Numbered from the stretch's first letter, positions 17,849-28,380 are shown. The stretch: 64,000 nucleotides of DNA from Candidatus Kryptoniota bacterium (GCA_046706745.1 JBJKPC010000034.1:18263-82262); one strand, 5' to 3'. Translations and numbers: made by a program. The notes: generated by a model from the sequence alone, not told the origin.

Positions 17849-19987
17849 TTACTTCATCAATAGCAATTTCTTTGCTTGAGAATAAGACCCCGCAGTGATG
17901 CGATAGAAATAAACTCCGCTCGACAAACCGCTCGCATCAAACATCACTTCATAAGTACCGGAGCTCTTCCTTTCGTTGACCAGTGTCCTAACCAACCTCC
18001 CCAGCACATCATAGACATTAAGGCTCACGAGCCCGGAACTAGGAACCGCGAACCGGATAGTTGTGGTCGGGTTGAACGGGTTGGGATAATTCTGCGAAAG
18101 AGAAAAGCCCGACGGCATTACTGGAGATTGGTGTGTGCCCGTCAATACCTGAGACCAAGGCGTTTCCCAAACTCCATTCGAAGTCCCTGCATAGAGGTTG
18201 CCGTCTTTCAGCACGAAACAGTTTGCAGGGAGATTCGACAAACCAGCATTTCTCCAGGTTGTATCGCTGTTGGCCAGGACGAAGACTCCTTCTCCAGAAC
18301 CGAACCCTATCCAGCTGTCGGCAAGAAGATAATTGTCTATAACGTCGAAACCGTTGACGTCCAGAAGATTCGGCACTTCGGTCCAGGTGGCACCGTAGTC
18401 GGTTGAATGATAGATCCCGAAACCGTACGACGCTGCGAACAGCTCGGTTCCCCTGACGGCGAGGGAATTGATCCACTTCACACCCGTATTAATTCCGATT
18501 CCGTTGTTAACAGCTACCCAGCTGTCTCCGTTGTCACCGGATCTATACACACCATGTGGAGTGGCTGCAAAGAGATAAGTTCCCAAATGTACGAGCGAAC
18601 TCACATCGGTGTTCGTGTCCGCGAGTGTCGGCAGTCCGTTACTTACGCGAGTCCAACTTGTCCCGCTGTTTGTTGATCTATAGACGCCACCCCCTCCTTC
18701 CGTGATATTCACAAGATATGGCTTGGTTGAAGCAAACATGTCGCTCCCCGCAAACACCAGCGCGGTGACGGTGGCGCCCCACTGGACCTGGTGGCGAGGG
18801 TACCAAAGGTCTCCATTATCTGACGAGTAATAGACATAGCCGTTGACATCGCCGACATACAGGGTGTCGGAGTGTAAGGTCATTGCTGTTACGTCGACAA
18901 ACTGTCTGAAATGAGAATGTCCCATCCTTTCCATCCATGTCGAGCCGCCGTCGGATGATGAAAACACTCCTCCATTTGTCCCGGCAAGCAATGAGTCCCC
19001 CTTCACCAACAGGACGTTCGTTCCATATCTCGGCAGGCCTGAGTTTGAGTTTCTCCATGTTGCGCCGTTGTCGGATGATACGAACACCCCGCTGTCTGTA
19101 ACCCCGGCGACGAGATTTCCACCGCAAAGAGCCAGAGCATTTACTTCCCTGTAGCTCGGGAACCCGTTATCAGCTTCCGTCCAGTTCGCTCCCGCGTCGG
19201 TCGACTGATAGACTCCTTCTGCGCCGCCGGCGAAAACTTTGCCTCCCGCGGCGACAATTGAATAAAAATGGTGATCGCTGCTCTGGGAGAGCCCGCCGTT
19301 GGATTCGACCCAGTTTGCTCCTCCATCGGTTGAAGAGTATAAACCGCTTGCCCAGAGGCTGGCATATAACTTCGCACCGTCGGAGGCCAGCGCGTACGGA
19401 CAACTTCCCGAGAGACCATTGTTTGCCTGAGTCCAATTTGCGCCGTTGTCGGTAGACATGAAAAGTCCCTGATCCGTTGTGCCCACATATATATTCGACC
19501 CCAATGCCATAATAGAACGAACGTAGGTGTCTTTCAGTCCGTTATTCATCTGGGTCCAGGTGGCACCGTTGTCGGTGGACATATACACGCCAGCATAACT
19601 GCAACCGGCGAAAATATTCGTACCGCTGGTAGCGAATGCATAGACGCTTTCGTTTAAAGACGTTCGAGCCCAGACCTGGCCCGAGTTTTCTTTGAAGTAC
19701 ACTCCGCTGTCGGCGGTTGCAGCGAAAACCCTGTTGCCGCAGACTCCCACCGCCTGCACATAGGTATCCGTCAGGCCGAAATTATCCACATGCCAGGTTG
19801 TTCCACCATCGTTCGTATAGCATACTCCGGCATCGGTTCCAAGGTACGTCCGTGTTGGAGTTACCGCAATTGAATACACGGTTCCGCCGTAAGGCCCTTT
19901 CTGAACCCACTGGGCAAAAGTGAATGCCGGCAGCGTCAGCACGATCGAGACCGCAACCCATATAATGAGTCGACACACTTTTTTCAT
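17849..19987 (-). CDS. T9SS-secreted Asp-box/BNR beta-propeller protein
   Basis: Signal ending TFA-QW; repeated STDNGATW/SSDGGSTW motifs; CTD QNYPNPFNP..KKLLLMK. Confidence 0.92.
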   Translation of the reverse strand: MKKVCRLIIWVAVSIVLTLPAFTFAQWVQKGPYGGTVYSIAVTPTRTYLGTDAGVCYTNDGGTTWHVDNFGLTDTYVQAVGVCGNRVFAATADSGVYFKENSGQVWARTSLNESVYAFATSGTNIFAGCSYAGVYMSTDNGATWTQMNNGLKDTYVRSIMALGSNIYVGTTDQGLFMSTDNGANWTQANNGLSGSCPYALASDGAKLYASLWASGLYSSTDGGANWVESNGGLSQSSDHHFYSIVAAGGKVFAGGAEGVYQSTDAGANWTEADNGFPSYREVNALALCGGNLVAGVTDSGVFVSSDNGATWRNSNSGLPRYGTNVLLVKGDSLLAGTNGGVFSSSDGGSTWMERMGHSHFRQFVDVTAMTLHSDTLYVGDVNGYVYYSSDNGDLWYPRHQVQWGATVTALVFAGSDMFASTKPYLVNITEGGGGVYRSTNSGTSWTRVSNGLPTLADTNTDVSSLVHLGTYLFAATPHGVYRSGDNGDSWVAVNNGIGINTGVKWINSLAVRGTELFAASYGFGIYHSTDYGATWTEVPNLLDVNGFDVIDNYLLADSWIGFGSGEGVFVLANSDTTWRNAGLSNLPANCFVLKDGNLYAGTSNGVWETPWSQVLTGTHQSPVMPSGFSLSQNYPNPFNPTTTIRFAVPSSGLVSLNVYDVLGRLVRTLVNERKSSGTYEVMFDASGLSSGVYFYRITAGSYSQAKKLLLMK

Positions 19988-20795
19988 CGCAACCTCCAGG
20001 TTTTGTTATGAAAATCTATCCACATGCTGCCCCCCGACAGGCATGTGATTTCGCCGCGTTTAGACAACACACATTCCCGAATTAGAGAAAGGAGCACTAC
20101 CTCGCTTCGAAATCTGATAGAAAAAATATTCCGGGGAGAGAAATAGCACAATCCTTGTTTTCGTGGATTTTACGCACGAAATCCATGCTCAAATGCTTCA
20201 TGGTATCCGAAATCAATCGAAATAGGCGAGGGTTGAGTCAACGGTAAGCTGTCGAGACAACGTAGTTGATCTTGGCGGATTCGTTGCCGTCACGCGAGGG
20301 ATTCTCCAAATTGATTTTCTCAAAGCCTCCCATACGCTTCATGGAAGACAATATGATGGCCGCAGCAGCCATGCCCGACTCGAACGAGATGTTCCGACAT
20401 TAACGGAACCCATTTTACACCACTCACTTAGCCCGCATTCCGGCATATGAACTCCGGTTCCGAAGCGCGAGTGAACGCATGGTTGAAGTAAGATTTTTGC
20501 AACTTCCTGGATGAGCCGCTTTCGAAGTCATGATCGATTGGGATTTAGTCGGCGAGAAAAGTCCCGCGATGTTGCGAGGGGAATTGGGAGTCTTCCGTAG
20601 TTGCAAGGCGCTCGACCCCTCTTTGATCGGATGCTTTCCAAACTTCATTGACATGATAGGGACCGTTAAACGGGAACTGCGCGAATTTGAAGAGTGTTGT
20701 CGAGTAGTCAGCCCGGGAAGTCAGGAGGCTTACAGTTTGTCAGATGCAAGAGAAATCACAAGTTTCTAAACATGCAAGGGAGGTAGAGCAGAACG

Positions 20796-23700
20796 ATGAT
20801 TCCGAATTTCATATACAAGAGTTTACCCATCTTTTTGATCGCCGCAGCTATGTCGGCGGGTACCGGCACGGTCTTTGCGGAGAAGTATCAACGTCCACAG
20901 AACCCGTCTTCGATTCCCGGCGCCGGACTCAACAAGATATTCTCGTCGGGCTCCGCTTACGGCCCGCTCGGTCAGGATCGCACGATTGCGGCCGAAGATC
21001 AGCTTCTTCTTTTCTGGAGTGAGCCGCCTTCACCCAGCAGTAACGTCAACTACGCGGCTTATCATTTTCAGATCATGAACTACCTTAACACACCATCCCT
21101 TCCGTCCAGCCAGCGGCTTTACGCGGACGGTTCGCTCACGGGAGATTCCGTCACCGATGCGGCATCAGGAGCGAAAATCCCGGCGATCGGAGGAAGCGAG
21201 TACTCGGTCATACTGGCAGGAGACATGATCGGGAGCGGTTACGACCAGCCTGTGTCCGTGTGGGAAACGTATGACTCCGCAGCTTCGGTACCGGGTTATA
21301 AGATATTCGCCGCGGCACTTACCGTGAACAGCTCCACTCTGAAATTCCAGGACAGCGGAATAACGGGTGATATCGTAGGAGCGGTGGAATCAAACACCGG
21401 CAATATACTTAACGCCCACATTCGTGCTACGATGGCGGACCTTACCGGCAGTGGCAGAAAAGATCTCGTTATCGCTTGGCAGGATTCAAACTATATTGAA
21501 ATTGCCGTCTACGGATGGAGCTCTTCGTCAGCTTCGCATCTTACGTTGCTCGGTTCGCTTTCAACGGCTGCGACAGCACCTACAACCACGACGGAATACA
21601 GCTATTTCGCGCTCGGTGCAGGAAACTTCACCGAAGACAGTACGAGTCAGATTGCCCTCGCCGGATTCAACGGCAACGGCACGTTATACATCAAACTCTT
21701 CAAGTTCGAAAACAGCGGCGCGATAGTCCCGGAGGGAGCCGCCAGTTTCCCGGCACTTTACAACGGATTACTGTCCCAAATGGTGATGGCAACGGGCGAC
21801 TTCACCGGCAACAACTACAAGGACTGCATCGCGCTCGCACTGACAGACAACGCGGATGTTGGGTCCAACAACACGGCGCTGTACATAGCCCGGCCTTCTC
21901 CAGATCTACAATCGATTTCGGTTTCCTCAGACTCGAGCGCCAAGCAGTATCAATTCCAACCTAACGCGAATCCGATGGCAGCTAGCATCGGATGCGGTGA
22001 TCTAAACGGAGACGGCAAGGACGAAATAGTCCTGGATGTCGGCAATGAGGTAATTGTATTCGAGCCTGTTCAGAACGGGAGTTATCTCACTCCTCATGAA
22101 AAGAGCAATACCTTTGTCAACGGGACGACGGATGAGACCGATTACCAGTACTCGAGCAGCTTCCTGAAAGTGGCGTCCGTAGAGCAAAGCAGGAGTGCAG
22201 ACATCACCGTCGCCCGGAACGAATACAGCGACGACGGATCCGGAAACATCTACCAGTCGCTGGACGTGGCAGTCATCGAGGCCATCGATTCGAATTTTAC
22301 TCTCAACACCGTTGCGGAAGACAACACCACTTTATCGGAGAATATCACTTACACCAGCGGAAGTGTCGGCTTAAGGCGCCATTATGCTCTTGCGCTGGGA
22401 AATTTCGGCGGGGCCAGCCTTACTCTGGGCCAACCCACTCACTATTATGAAACCGACATAACACAGCCGCTGGTAATACTGAACGCCCCGCCGGTTCAGT
22501 TTGACATATTCAACGACACCACCTACGATATATGCAATGTCTTCAACGGCGGCGGCAACTCGGGTAATTTCTCGACGACATACAGCCAGTCGACCTCCAA
22601 CACAGACATGATGGAAACAAACGTGACATCTTCATGGGGTGTGGGCGCCTCGCTTTCCGGCAGTGCCTCATATCTTGGCGCGAAGGTCGAGGCCAGCCTC
22701 AGCACTCACTACGGCCAGGATTTCAACCGCGTCAGCAATTCATCGTACACAAACACCGTCAGCGTGGATGTCAGCGCCCAGCAGGAAGATGAGATATACG
22801 CGATAGTCAATAACTACGATATATGGGAATATCCAGTTATCGACAGCGGACACGTGCGGGGGCACGTGCTCGTGACGGTTCCAAGTCCTCCGCAGGGCGA
22901 GTGGTTCGATACAGAGAGCTGGACCGCATACTCGTTTATACCGGATCATGTAGTCGGGAACGTGCTTTCGTATCTCACTTACGATTCGCTGGCCGATAAT
23001 CCATACATGATGCAGAAGATCAAAGGCTCGCTCTCCGATGGATTCGAATTGGGCACGGGAAAATTCACATGGTCCCTGACCACGAGCGATTTTACAAGCA
23101 ACAAGGTGTCTCAAACCGAGACCTTCAAGCTGAATGTCGATGCAAAGGCCACCGTGGGAGGAGAGTTCGGCGGCTTCGGCGCTTCAGTAACAGCCGGCGT
23201 AAGCGGGGACTACAGCAATTCCAATCTGACATCGCACACATCGACCGTCACCAGCACACTCGGCCTAACGGTCAATCTCAGCTCGATCAACCAGTCGCTG
23301 GGCGAGGACCAGTATATCGTCACTCCTTATTCCTATTGGGGTGACAACGGTGCTCTTGTAATCGACTACGCTGTGCAGCCGGTACTTTCTGCGCCGGGCG
23401 GCACCGAGACCTGGTGGCAGCAGCGTTACGGACACGCGCCGGACCCTGCCCTGGCATTGCCGTATCTGTACTGGCCGCAGGAAGGATTCGCCGTCCAGAA
23501 TCCGGAAAAGATCTATCAGACAAAGGAAATCTTCAACTCACCGAGCAGTGTGGCCCCCGGGGACACGATCACCACGACCATACGAATACACAACTATAGC
23601 CTCATACCAACCGATACAACCGTGCAGGTAAAGTGCTACGTCGGCGATCCAAACAGCGGCGGGACTCTCATAAAGAGCATCAACGGCGACAGCGTTTTCT

Positions 23701-24194
23701 CGACACCATCGTACATACCCTCAAGAGGCTCTCAGATACTGTCGTTCAAATGGATTGCTCCATCACAGGTGAATGCGCGATTCATTCACTCGGGAGATTT
23801 TGTCCATGTGTGGGCCGACGTCGACCCAAACGGGACCATGAAGGAAATCCATACCAACAATAACTTGGGCTGGAGTATACTCGAAGTTCCCGGTATCGTG
23901 ACAGGAGTAAACGAGGCACAGCTTCGTCCGGCACATTTCGGTTTAAGTCAGAATTACCCCAACCCCTTCAATCCTACGACGATGATTAACTACCAGATTC
24001 CTAAGGACACGCATGTTACGATAAGCATATACAATGTTCTGGGTGAGCGTGTAGCCACAATTGTCGATGGCGATGAATCCGCAGGCTACCACCAGGCCAT
24101 TTTCAACGGTGCGCGTTTCGCCAGCGGTATATACTTCTACAGGATGACGACACCGTCGTTTTCAAGAGTGGACAAGATGCTGCTTTTGAAATAG
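20796..24194 (+). CDS. Large T9SS cargo: FG-GAP repeats, Ser/Thr-rich hairpin region, CARDB-like domain, CTD
   Basis: GGAGG RBS, signal peptide; GDLNGDGKDEIV, GDFTGN, ADLTGSGRKDLV; VDPNGTMKEIHTNNN; CTD QNYPNPFNP..KMLLLK. Confidence 0.88.
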   Translation: MIPNFIYKSLPIFLIAAAMSAGTGTVFAEKYQRPQNPSSIPGAGLNKIFSSGSAYGPLGQDRTIAAEDQLLLFWSEPPSPSSNVNYAAYHFQIMNYLNTPSLPSSQRLYADGSLTGDSVTDAASGAKIPAIGGSEYSVILAGDMIGSGYDQPVSVWETYDSAASVPGYKIFAAALTVNSSTLKFQDSGITGDIVGAVESNTGNILNAHIRATMADLTGSGRKDLVIAWQDSNYIEIAVYGWSSSSASHLTLLGSLSTAATAPTTTTEYSYFALGAGNFTEDSTSQIALAGFNGNGTLYIKLFKFENSGAIVPEGAASFPALYNGLLSQMVMATGDFTGNNYKDCIALALTDNADVGSNNTALYIARPSPDLQSISVSSDSSAKQYQFQPNANPMAASIGCGDLNGDGKDEIVLDVGNEVIVFEPVQNGSYLTPHEKSNTFVNGTTDETDYQYSSSFLKVASVEQSRSADITVARNEYSDDGSGNIYQSLDVAVIEAIDSNFTLNTVAEDNTTLSENITYTSGSVGLRRHYALALGNFGGASLTLGQPTHYYETDITQPLVILNAPPVQFDIFNDTTYDICNVFNGGGNSGNFSTTYSQSTSNTDMMETNVTSSWGVGASLSGSASYLGAKVEASLSTHYGQDFNRVSNSSYTNTVSVDVSAQQEDEIYAIVNNYDIWEYPVIDSGHVRGHVLVTVPSPPQGEWFDTESWTAYSFIPDHVVGNVLSYLTYDSLADNPYMMQKIKGSLSDGFELGTGKFTWSLTTSDFTSNKVSQTETFKLNVDAKATVGGEFGGFGASVTAGVSGDYSNSNLTSHTSTVTSTLGLTVNLSSINQSLGEDQYIVTPYSYWGDNGALVIDYAVQPVLSAPGGTETWWQQRYGHAPDPALALPYLYWPQEGFAVQNPEKIYQTKEIFNSPSSVAPGDTITTTIRIHNYSLIPTDTTVQVKCYVGDPNSGGTLIKSINGDSVFSTPSYIPSRGSQILSFKWIAPSQVNARFIHSGDFVHVWADVDPNGTMKEIHTNNNLGWSILEVPGIVTGVNEAQLRPAHFGLSQNYPNPFNPTTMINYQIPKDTHVTISIYNVLGERVATIVDGDESAGYHQAIFNGARFASGIYFYRMTTPSFSRVDKMLLLK

Positions 24195-24262
24195 TGCCGG
24201 ATGTCGTCTCCGACACATTGAAGCGCAACGTGTTTTCTAGATATTGTAAGTGTACTTACTCT

Positions 24263-24302
24263 CCCCTCCCCCTCTCTTTTCACAGAGAGGGGGGGAATGG
24301 GG
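24263..24302. terminator. GC-rich hairpin between convergent genes (terminator or REP-like)
   Basis: CCCCCTCTCT-tttcac-AGAGAGGGGG. Confidence 0.4.
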
Positions 24303-24460
24303 ATACGTTCAACTGATAAAACCCTTTTTACATTGTATCTTGCGGAGGTTTGGGACGGCCCATGGACTGTGATGATTTTCCTCGCTGCAAAAAAGGAACA
24401 CCGGCAGGATCGCTGCAGGCAAGATTGAAGGCCGACAGACTCACCCAGTATCGTTCGATA

Positions 24461-25756
24461 CTATTTGAGCAAAAGCATTTTCTTCGTCGCGACATGAGAT
24501 CCGGCGACCAGCTCGTAGAAGTATACCCCACTCGGGAATTCGCTTGCATCGAAAGAGACTGAATAAGTCCCCGGCTGTTCAACCTTATCCACCAGAGTCC
24601 TGACCAATCTTCCGAGTACATCGTATACTTTCAGACTTACTGCTCCCGTACTACGAACGCCGAACCTGATAACCGTAGATGGGTTGAATGGGTTCGGATA
24701 GTTCTGCGAAAGGGCAAAATGCTCGGGTTCAGTATCCTCTCGCTTGATCCCATCTATACCACCGGCGCTCGACGTATGGAAGATTGCTCCGTTATCACCA
24801 ACCACAAATCCGTTATTCTTATTCCAAAAACTGATCGCATTGAAATTCGGCATATAATCCCGTCCGTAAGGCCACGGATACTGGTTCCAGGAGTCTCCCC
24901 CATCCGTCGACTCGACAAGTAATCCGCCTGAACCGCATGCGTATATCACCTCGGCAGAGGGTGCCGAAACAGCAAAGACGGAGCCACCTGAGATCGTCGT
25001 GTCTTCTCGCCAGGTGGTGTCTGACATCTCCTTCCGTATAATTATGCCCGAAGTAATTGCCCCGTCTTGAGCCCCGACGATGAAACCCGGTCCCCCGCCA
25101 TAAGAAAACCCGGCGTCGTATGCCTGTGAGTTCGTTTCCTGAAATTGGGCCAACGGAGACTCCGTCCAAGAGTCCTGACCCGGCTGGAGGCTACGCGAAC
25201 AGATGGAGTGCGAGGTCAGCGCATAGAGGGGGGTCTGATATATGGCGATAATTGCGCCGGTCCATTCAAAAATCTTCCGAACCCCCCACCTGCTAATCTT
25301 TTGGGCGGACCACTTCCGCCCGGTATCTGAGGTGAGGTATATCCACCCGGCATCGGCGCCGACGTAGAAGGCACCCGGCGACACGCAAAGGACCGAAAGA
25401 AGGCTGTCACTAGAAGGCACATCACAGAGCGACCACGTGGTGCCTCTGTCGGTCGTGAACTCAACACGGTGATAACCCACGATCACCCCGTTTTGGGAAT
25501 CACAAAAAGAAATGGCGCTCCAGTCATAGACAGCGCTTATGTGTGCCGTTTCATTGAACCACGTTGCGCCGGCATCAGTAGTCCGAAGAATTGCGTTCCT
25601 GCTGCCGATTACAACTGCCGTTGTCGAATCCAGCATTGCAACACCAACCAGGGCCTCCGTTGTCCCGCTGTTTTGCTGAACCCATTGCGCACGTGACGAC
25701 GACGCAAGTCCAAGAATTTGTGTCGCAAAACCCATAAACAAAAACAACATCCTCAT
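24461..25756 (-). CDS. T9SS-secreted YCF48-like beta-propeller protein
   Basis: SRA-QWVQQNSGT, ILRTTDAGATW, GFVVGDNGAIFHTS; CTD. Confidence 0.9.
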   Translation of the reverse strand: MRMLFLFMGFATQILGLASSSRAQWVQQNSGTTEALVGVAMLDSTTAVVIGSRNAILRTTDAGATWFNETAHISAVYDWSAISFCDSQNGVIVGYHRVEFTTDRGTTWSLCDVPSSDSLLSVLCVSPGAFYVGADAGWIYLTSDTGRKWSAQKISRWGVRKIFEWTGAIIAIYQTPLYALTSHSICSRSLQPGQDSWTESPLAQFQETNSQAYDAGFSYGGGPGFIVGAQDGAITSGIIIRKEMSDTTWREDTTISGGSVFAVSAPSAEVIYACGSGGLLVESTDGGDSWNQYPWPYGRDYMPNFNAISFWNKNNGFVVGDNGAIFHTSSAGGIDGIKREDTEPEHFALSQNYPNPFNPSTVIRFGVRSTGAVSLKVYDVLGRLVRTLVDKVEQPGTYSVSFDASEFPSGVYFYELVAGSHVATKKMLLLK

Positions 25757-25827
25757 GACTTTGCCTCCTTGCCGTAAACTTGGTCAAGCATTTCCTTGGC
25801 TGATTCATGTCGGAATTAAGTTTGGGC

Positions 25828-27945
25828 TCATTTAATGAGAAGAGCTTTCTTCGTAAGCGATGTGGTGCCTTCCCTTAGCGTATAAAAATACACACCGCTC
25901 GGCAAATTGCCCGAATCAAAAGTAACTGAATAGGTCCCCGGCTGTTCAACCTTATCCACCAACGTCCTGACCGATCTCCCAAGAACATCATATACTTTCA
26001 AAATGACCAACCCGGTACTCCGGACCCCGAACCTGATAACCGTCGACGGGTTGAATGGGTTCGGATAATTCTGCGAGAGCTGGAAGGCTGACGGCAGGAG
26101 ATTTTGTTCCGAGTTGCGCACCCCCGTGACGACCTCCGTCAGCGGGAAGCGCCACATCCGTCCATAAGAAGCAGCGAAAAGAGTGGAGTCACTTGCCGCA
26201 AGACTGCTCACCGGACGGTCTAAATTTGAAGCCGCGATGCCTACCGCGCGCCACCGGGTTGCAGATCCGGGTAGCACAAAGACACCGGAGCCGGTTCCGG
26301 CAAAAACATACCTGCCATGAAAGCTAAAACAGTTGACAGTCTCGTTTGAATCGAGCGGGAGCCCGGCGTCGACGCTTTCCCACTCTGCACCGTAGTCCGT
26401 CGAACGGAATACGCCGTGTCCATTTGTTCCCGCAAAGACTTCCGAGTCCCTGGCGGCTATCGTATTAAAAAAAGCCACCGGCGCTTTGACCGACTGCCAT
26501 GTTGAGCCGTTGTCGAGCGACCGTACCAGCGGACCGCCCTGGTAGATCGCGTAGACCGCCGTTGCTGTTGCAGCAATCTTCACCACATTCGCGAGGCCTT
26601 TTGCATTCCAGGTTGCACCTTTGTCCGTGGAAAGGTAGATGCCGCCCTGGCTGCACAGCCCGCAAATTCCGGCGGCCCCCAGATATAGATTATTGCCGCC
26701 GGCAGCGAGAGCGAGATACTGCACGCCCTCCGGCGAATTCCGGTTCGCAGGTTCCATCCAGGTCGTGCCGCCGTCCGTCGTGTACTCAACGCCGTCCCCC
26801 GCTGTGGCAAACACGGTCGAATCATCCGAAGCAAGTATCGGGGCCTCGGTCATGATCTGAGTCCAGGTTGATCCGTCGTCCGATGAGCGGAAGAGGCAGG
26901 TGCCGTAGCTTGCAAGGACGGTCTTTCCGTCGGTAACCAGCGAAGCGATGCCGGAAGTGCGAATGCCCGTGTTCGAAGGGCTCCATGTCGCAGAAGTTAT
27001 CGTGGAACGGTATATTCCGAAATCGAAGAAGCCGAGGATGAAGTTTCTTCCAATCGGAACGTAGGCGTCGGGACCGGCCCAGCTTGCGGGGAAGCCTCCG
27101 GCGGTCAGGCTGTCCCAGGTCGCACCGTTGTCGTCGGAAAAATAGAAGCGTTGACCGGAAGTGCTTACCATGACTTCACCCCCGTTAGCGGAGAGACTGC
27201 CGATGTCCCCCTTCGGTAAACCGGCATCCGCAGATGACCAGGAAGATCCGTCGTTCGAAGAGACAAACACAGAAAAACGAGTTGCTGCAAAAAGGTATGA
27301 TCCGTCAACCGCGAGGGAAACTATCGTGCTGTCCACGAGACCGGCCCTTGCCCAATTCGCACCGGCATCCGAAGATACGTAGACTCCGTCGCTGTCTCCG
27401 ACGAAGAAATCGTTCCCGTCGACAGCGATGGCAGAGATGCCATACAACGAACCGGTGTTGGCATCGACCCAACTTGATCCGTTGTCGGTGGAAAGGTATG
27501 CAGGCGGAGAGAGGCGCATCGTGATGAAGACGTTACGGCCTGACGCCGCAATTCTATCTATAACTCCGGTGCGCCCGGATACCCATGGGTTCGGAGGCAG
27601 TCCGTTGTTGTCGACCTTCCAGCTCGCGCCTCCGTCGGTGGAAATGCTGATCCCCTCACCTATCCCCGATCCGGCATAAAGGTAGTTGCCGCTTCCCGCC
27701 ATGCTCAATGCATACGTAGTCGCTCCGGTGCTGTCGCATGGCGCCCAGGACATACCGCCGTCTCTCGAGCTGAAGACTCCATAGCCTACTGTACCGGCAT
27801 AGACAAAGGAGTCGGTGACACCTAGAGAACAGACCGGCCCACCATCGTATGGACCGTTTGTCGGCACCCATTGCGCAAATCCCTCATTCCCAAACAGAAT
27901 GACCATGGTTGAGAGGGCCAATCCAAAAATGCATCCCTTTTTCAT
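25828..27945 (-). CDS. T9SS-secreted Asp-box/BNR beta-propeller protein
   Basis: GFA-QWVPTNGP; many SxDxGxSW motifs; CTD. Confidence 0.92.
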   Translation of the reverse strand: MKKGCIFGLALSTMVILFGNEGFAQWVPTNGPYDGGPVCSLGVTDSFVYAGTVGYGVFSSRDGGMSWAPCDSTGATTYALSMAGSGNYLYAGSGIGEGISISTDGGASWKVDNNGLPPNPWVSGRTGVIDRIAASGRNVFITMRLSPPAYLSTDNGSSWVDANTGSLYGISAIAVDGNDFFVGDSDGVYVSSDAGANWARAGLVDSTIVSLAVDGSYLFAATRFSVFVSSNDGSSWSSADAGLPKGDIGSLSANGGEVMVSTSGQRFYFSDDNGATWDSLTAGGFPASWAGPDAYVPIGRNFILGFFDFGIYRSTITSATWSPSNTGIRTSGIASLVTDGKTVLASYGTCLFRSSDDGSTWTQIMTEAPILASDDSTVFATAGDGVEYTTDGGTTWMEPANRNSPEGVQYLALAAGGNNLYLGAAGICGLCSQGGIYLSTDKGATWNAKGLANVVKIAATATAVYAIYQGGPLVRSLDNGSTWQSVKAPVAFFNTIAARDSEVFAGTNGHGVFRSTDYGAEWESVDAGLPLDSNETVNCFSFHGRYVFAGTGSGVFVLPGSATRWRAVGIAASNLDRPVSSLAASDSTLFAASYGRMWRFPLTEVVTGVRNSEQNLLPSAFQLSQNYPNPFNPSTVIRFGVRSTGLVILKVYDVLGRSVRTLVDKVEQPGTYSVTFDSGNLPSGVYFYTLREGTTSLTKKALLIK

Positions 27946-28096
27946 CGCTCACTCCGCCTCATACTCTTTCAATTTCCATTCTACCCGAGGCTGCCGAGAC
28001 GTCCCTATTCGTGCAAAGTATACTATCGGCGTATAAACCAGTCAATGTCACAAACCTGACCTGACCCCGATAGACGACCAGGAGCGCGTCAGGGCC

Positions 28097-28380
28097 CTAA
28101 ACCATCGCTGATGATTTGCAATGCAGTGGGGACAGGTGAGAAATGAAGCGCACGGTGAAAAGCGTTAGCCGCCGTCCACAGCTAGATTCGGGAGACCGAA
28201 TGACTGCCGCCTCCGCCACTTCCGGGGACTCTGTCAACTCGCTCTCTATTTCGAAGAGACTTATCCGGTAATCGCAACTCTTGAACACACCGTCCGCCCT
28301 GCCCACGAACCAGAAGCATCCCTCCGAATCCCCTGTGGCGACATCACCCGTTCCGTAATAATCGCCGGGAATCACAGTTC
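28097..28380 (-). pseudogene. Remnant of an AMP-dependent acyl-CoA synthetase (C-terminal part only)
   Basis: YGTGDVA..D.EGCFWFVGRADGVFKSCDYRISLFEIES..P.VAEAAVI; the N-terminal adenylation core is absent. Confidence 0.75.

Noticed and set aside
20340-20769. Possible decayed gene (RVVSPG recalls methyltransferase RVLKPG) or tRNA-like GACTCGAAC
   Set aside because: Several in-frame stops, only one weak motif, and no cloverleaf can be built.
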